NCBI GenBank assembly: GCA_047495785.1
Contig: JBLDXI010000061.1
Location: 1-64,000 of the forward strand
Direction: 5' to 3'
From: Lepidodermella squamata
Lineage: Eukaryota; Animalia; Gastrotricha
Length of the DNA stretch: 64,000 bases
This document shows positions 62,125 through 64,000 of this stretch, one piece after another. The notes below the pieces were generated by a model. It was not told the DNA's origin. It did not search any database and saw only the letters and a list, made by a program, of their open reading frames with translations. How positions within the stretch are numbered: position 1 is the first letter of the stretch; each line of letters opens with the position of its first letter. Made by a program: the position numbers and the translations under genes.

Positions 62125-64000
62125 ATGCTGCAGAGATTTGAATCGTTTGCAGAGTTCACCAAAATCAAACGCTTGGGCAGTGGCGCTTTTGGATCAGTTT
62201 GGCATTGCCAAGCTAAAGACGATTTCGCGGACTACGCTGTTAAGGTGGTAAATCTCAGCGCGACTCGACGCAAGTATCGACAAGATAAGTATCGACCGGA
62301 TATGGCTGAGAGCTACGTCAAGTTAGGCCGCACTGAGGTTTTTAGTCAGCGATATTGTCAATACTGATCTTATTGATTCTGCCTAACAGCATGTCAAACT
62401 GCTAAGTTTGAGGCACGCCAACATAGTGTCATGTTACGAGGCTTTTGAAGGTTAGGTAAAACTCTAATTGTAACTTCAACTCTAATATAAAGTAAATTCT
62501 ACCAATTTTTTCCAGAACCTTTGGTTGAACTAGATGATTCAAACCAACATGACTGGCATCTGGACGATGAGATGTACTACCTCGTCATGGAATTTTGTCC
62601 CGGCGGAGATTTAGAAGAATACATAAAACGAACTAATGAGGCAAATGCGAAAATTACAGAAGATTTGATTCGCGAGTGGGCTCGGCAACTTGTTTCTGCA
62701 ATAATGTGTCTGCATAAATGTTTCGCGCTCCATCGCGATATCAAGCCGAAGAATATTTTCCTCTCAGCCGATGGAAAAACAGTCAAGCTGGGTGATTTTG
62801 GATTCGCCAAAATCTACCAAGGGTTAGCCTTTTCTACTGTAGTGCACATCTAACGCTCTTCTGTTTTAGATCGAGTAGCACTACAACTCTGGGACTCGGG
62901 ACCCCTATCTACGCCGCGCCTGAAATTTTCAACAATAAGCAGCACTCGCCAGCCAGTGATTGGTGGTCTCTTGGAGTCACGCTGTTTGAGCTAGCTAATT
63001 TCCGCCTACCTGTAAATAATTATATATTTAAAGGTTTTGTCATGAAGTTACTTTGTTTCGTCTTGCAGTTCAAAACAACATTCGAGATCATTTTGTAAGT
63101 TCAAGACGTTTTACCGCTTGTCAACATTTCTTTTAGAAGTTAGAATGTCTGTTTGCTCATTGATTTATGTCTCTCGTGTTCAGAGACTCAACGGAGCCAC
63201 AATTTGACGATGATCGTCGATTTTCTCCAGAGTTTCATGACTTCGTTTTATCTATGCTTCGGAAAAAGAAAGATCTACGAGCCACAGGAGATGATTTGCT
63301 CAAGAAACCCTTTTTGACGCTGAAACCGGGGGCCAGCATCGTAACTATTCCAACGCAGGATACCAACGCTGTAATCGATGCAAGAGAAGCTTTAGAGGCA
63401 AGCGCATAAGCAGTACACTTATCAATACTCTATATCATTTTTTTACAGTTGCTTTTTAGTTACTCGAGGCAACGAGCAATGTTGCCCGATATTGAAAAAT
63501 TGCTGGAGGATCAGCGCTTAAATTTGAACGTGAACAGCCGGAACGATGAAGACCTCACGCCGCTGATGATTGCAGCTCAAAGTGGATACGATGAATTTAT
63601 GACGCCATTGGTGGTTAAGCATGGAGCCGACGTTGAATTGAGGGACAATTACGGGAGAACAGCAATTTACATGGCAGCTAAAGATGGGCACCACAAAGTT
63701 GTGGAAGTTCTTGCCAAAGCATTGGGCGCAAATGTTAACGCAGCTCGTAATAGCGGAGCGACGCCTTTATTAGTCGCTGCTAAAAATGGCCACTCGGAAA
63801 TTGTGAAGCTACTCGCTGGAGAGTTCAAAGCAGATGTGAATGCAGCAATGAATAATGGTGTTACACCGCTATTAGTCGCTGCTCGAAATGGCCACATCGA
63901 AATCGTGAAGCTACTCGCTGGAGAGCTCAAAGCAGATGTGAATGCAGCGATGAATGATTGTGTTTCACCGCTATATATCGCTGCTGAAAAAGGTCACACG
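62125..64000 (+). CDS. NEK-like Ser/Thr kinase-ankyrin repeat protein, copy K3 (runs off the window end)
   Basis: Same seven-exon layout with open frames. 3-aa insertion (KYR) in exon 1. Ankyrin exon starts at 63449. Confidence 0.85.

Overview
Animal (metazoan invertebrate) nuclear DNA with short (mostly 45-100 nt) spliceosomal introns, so the ORF track shows only exon pieces. No rRNA, intact tRNA or CRISPR was found. Two tandemly duplicated gene families are interleaved, all on the + strand. (1) Secreted EGF-repeat/double C-type-lectin genes: three apparently intact copies with 5, 5 and 13 EGF exons, one orphan set of 3' exons and three decayed relics. (2) NEK-like Ser/Thr kinase-ankyrin genes: three copies with near-identical kinase domains and single-exon arrays of 34-aa ankyrin repeats. 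The arrays have a fixed framework, hypervariable binding-face positions, different repeat numbers and signs of repeat exchange. This candidate diversifying 'natural DARPin-kinase' sensor system is the best lead. Also present: an intronless GABA-B-like class C GPCR, several orphan genes, a 2,018-bp-arm inverted duplication carrying a dead Mutator-like transposase, a truncated Penelope-like retroelement with inverted pLTRs and hammerhead-ribozyme motifs inside a lectin-gene intron, and many MITE/DNA-transposon/LINE relics with readable TIRs and TSDs. All calls were made by eye with no database searches.
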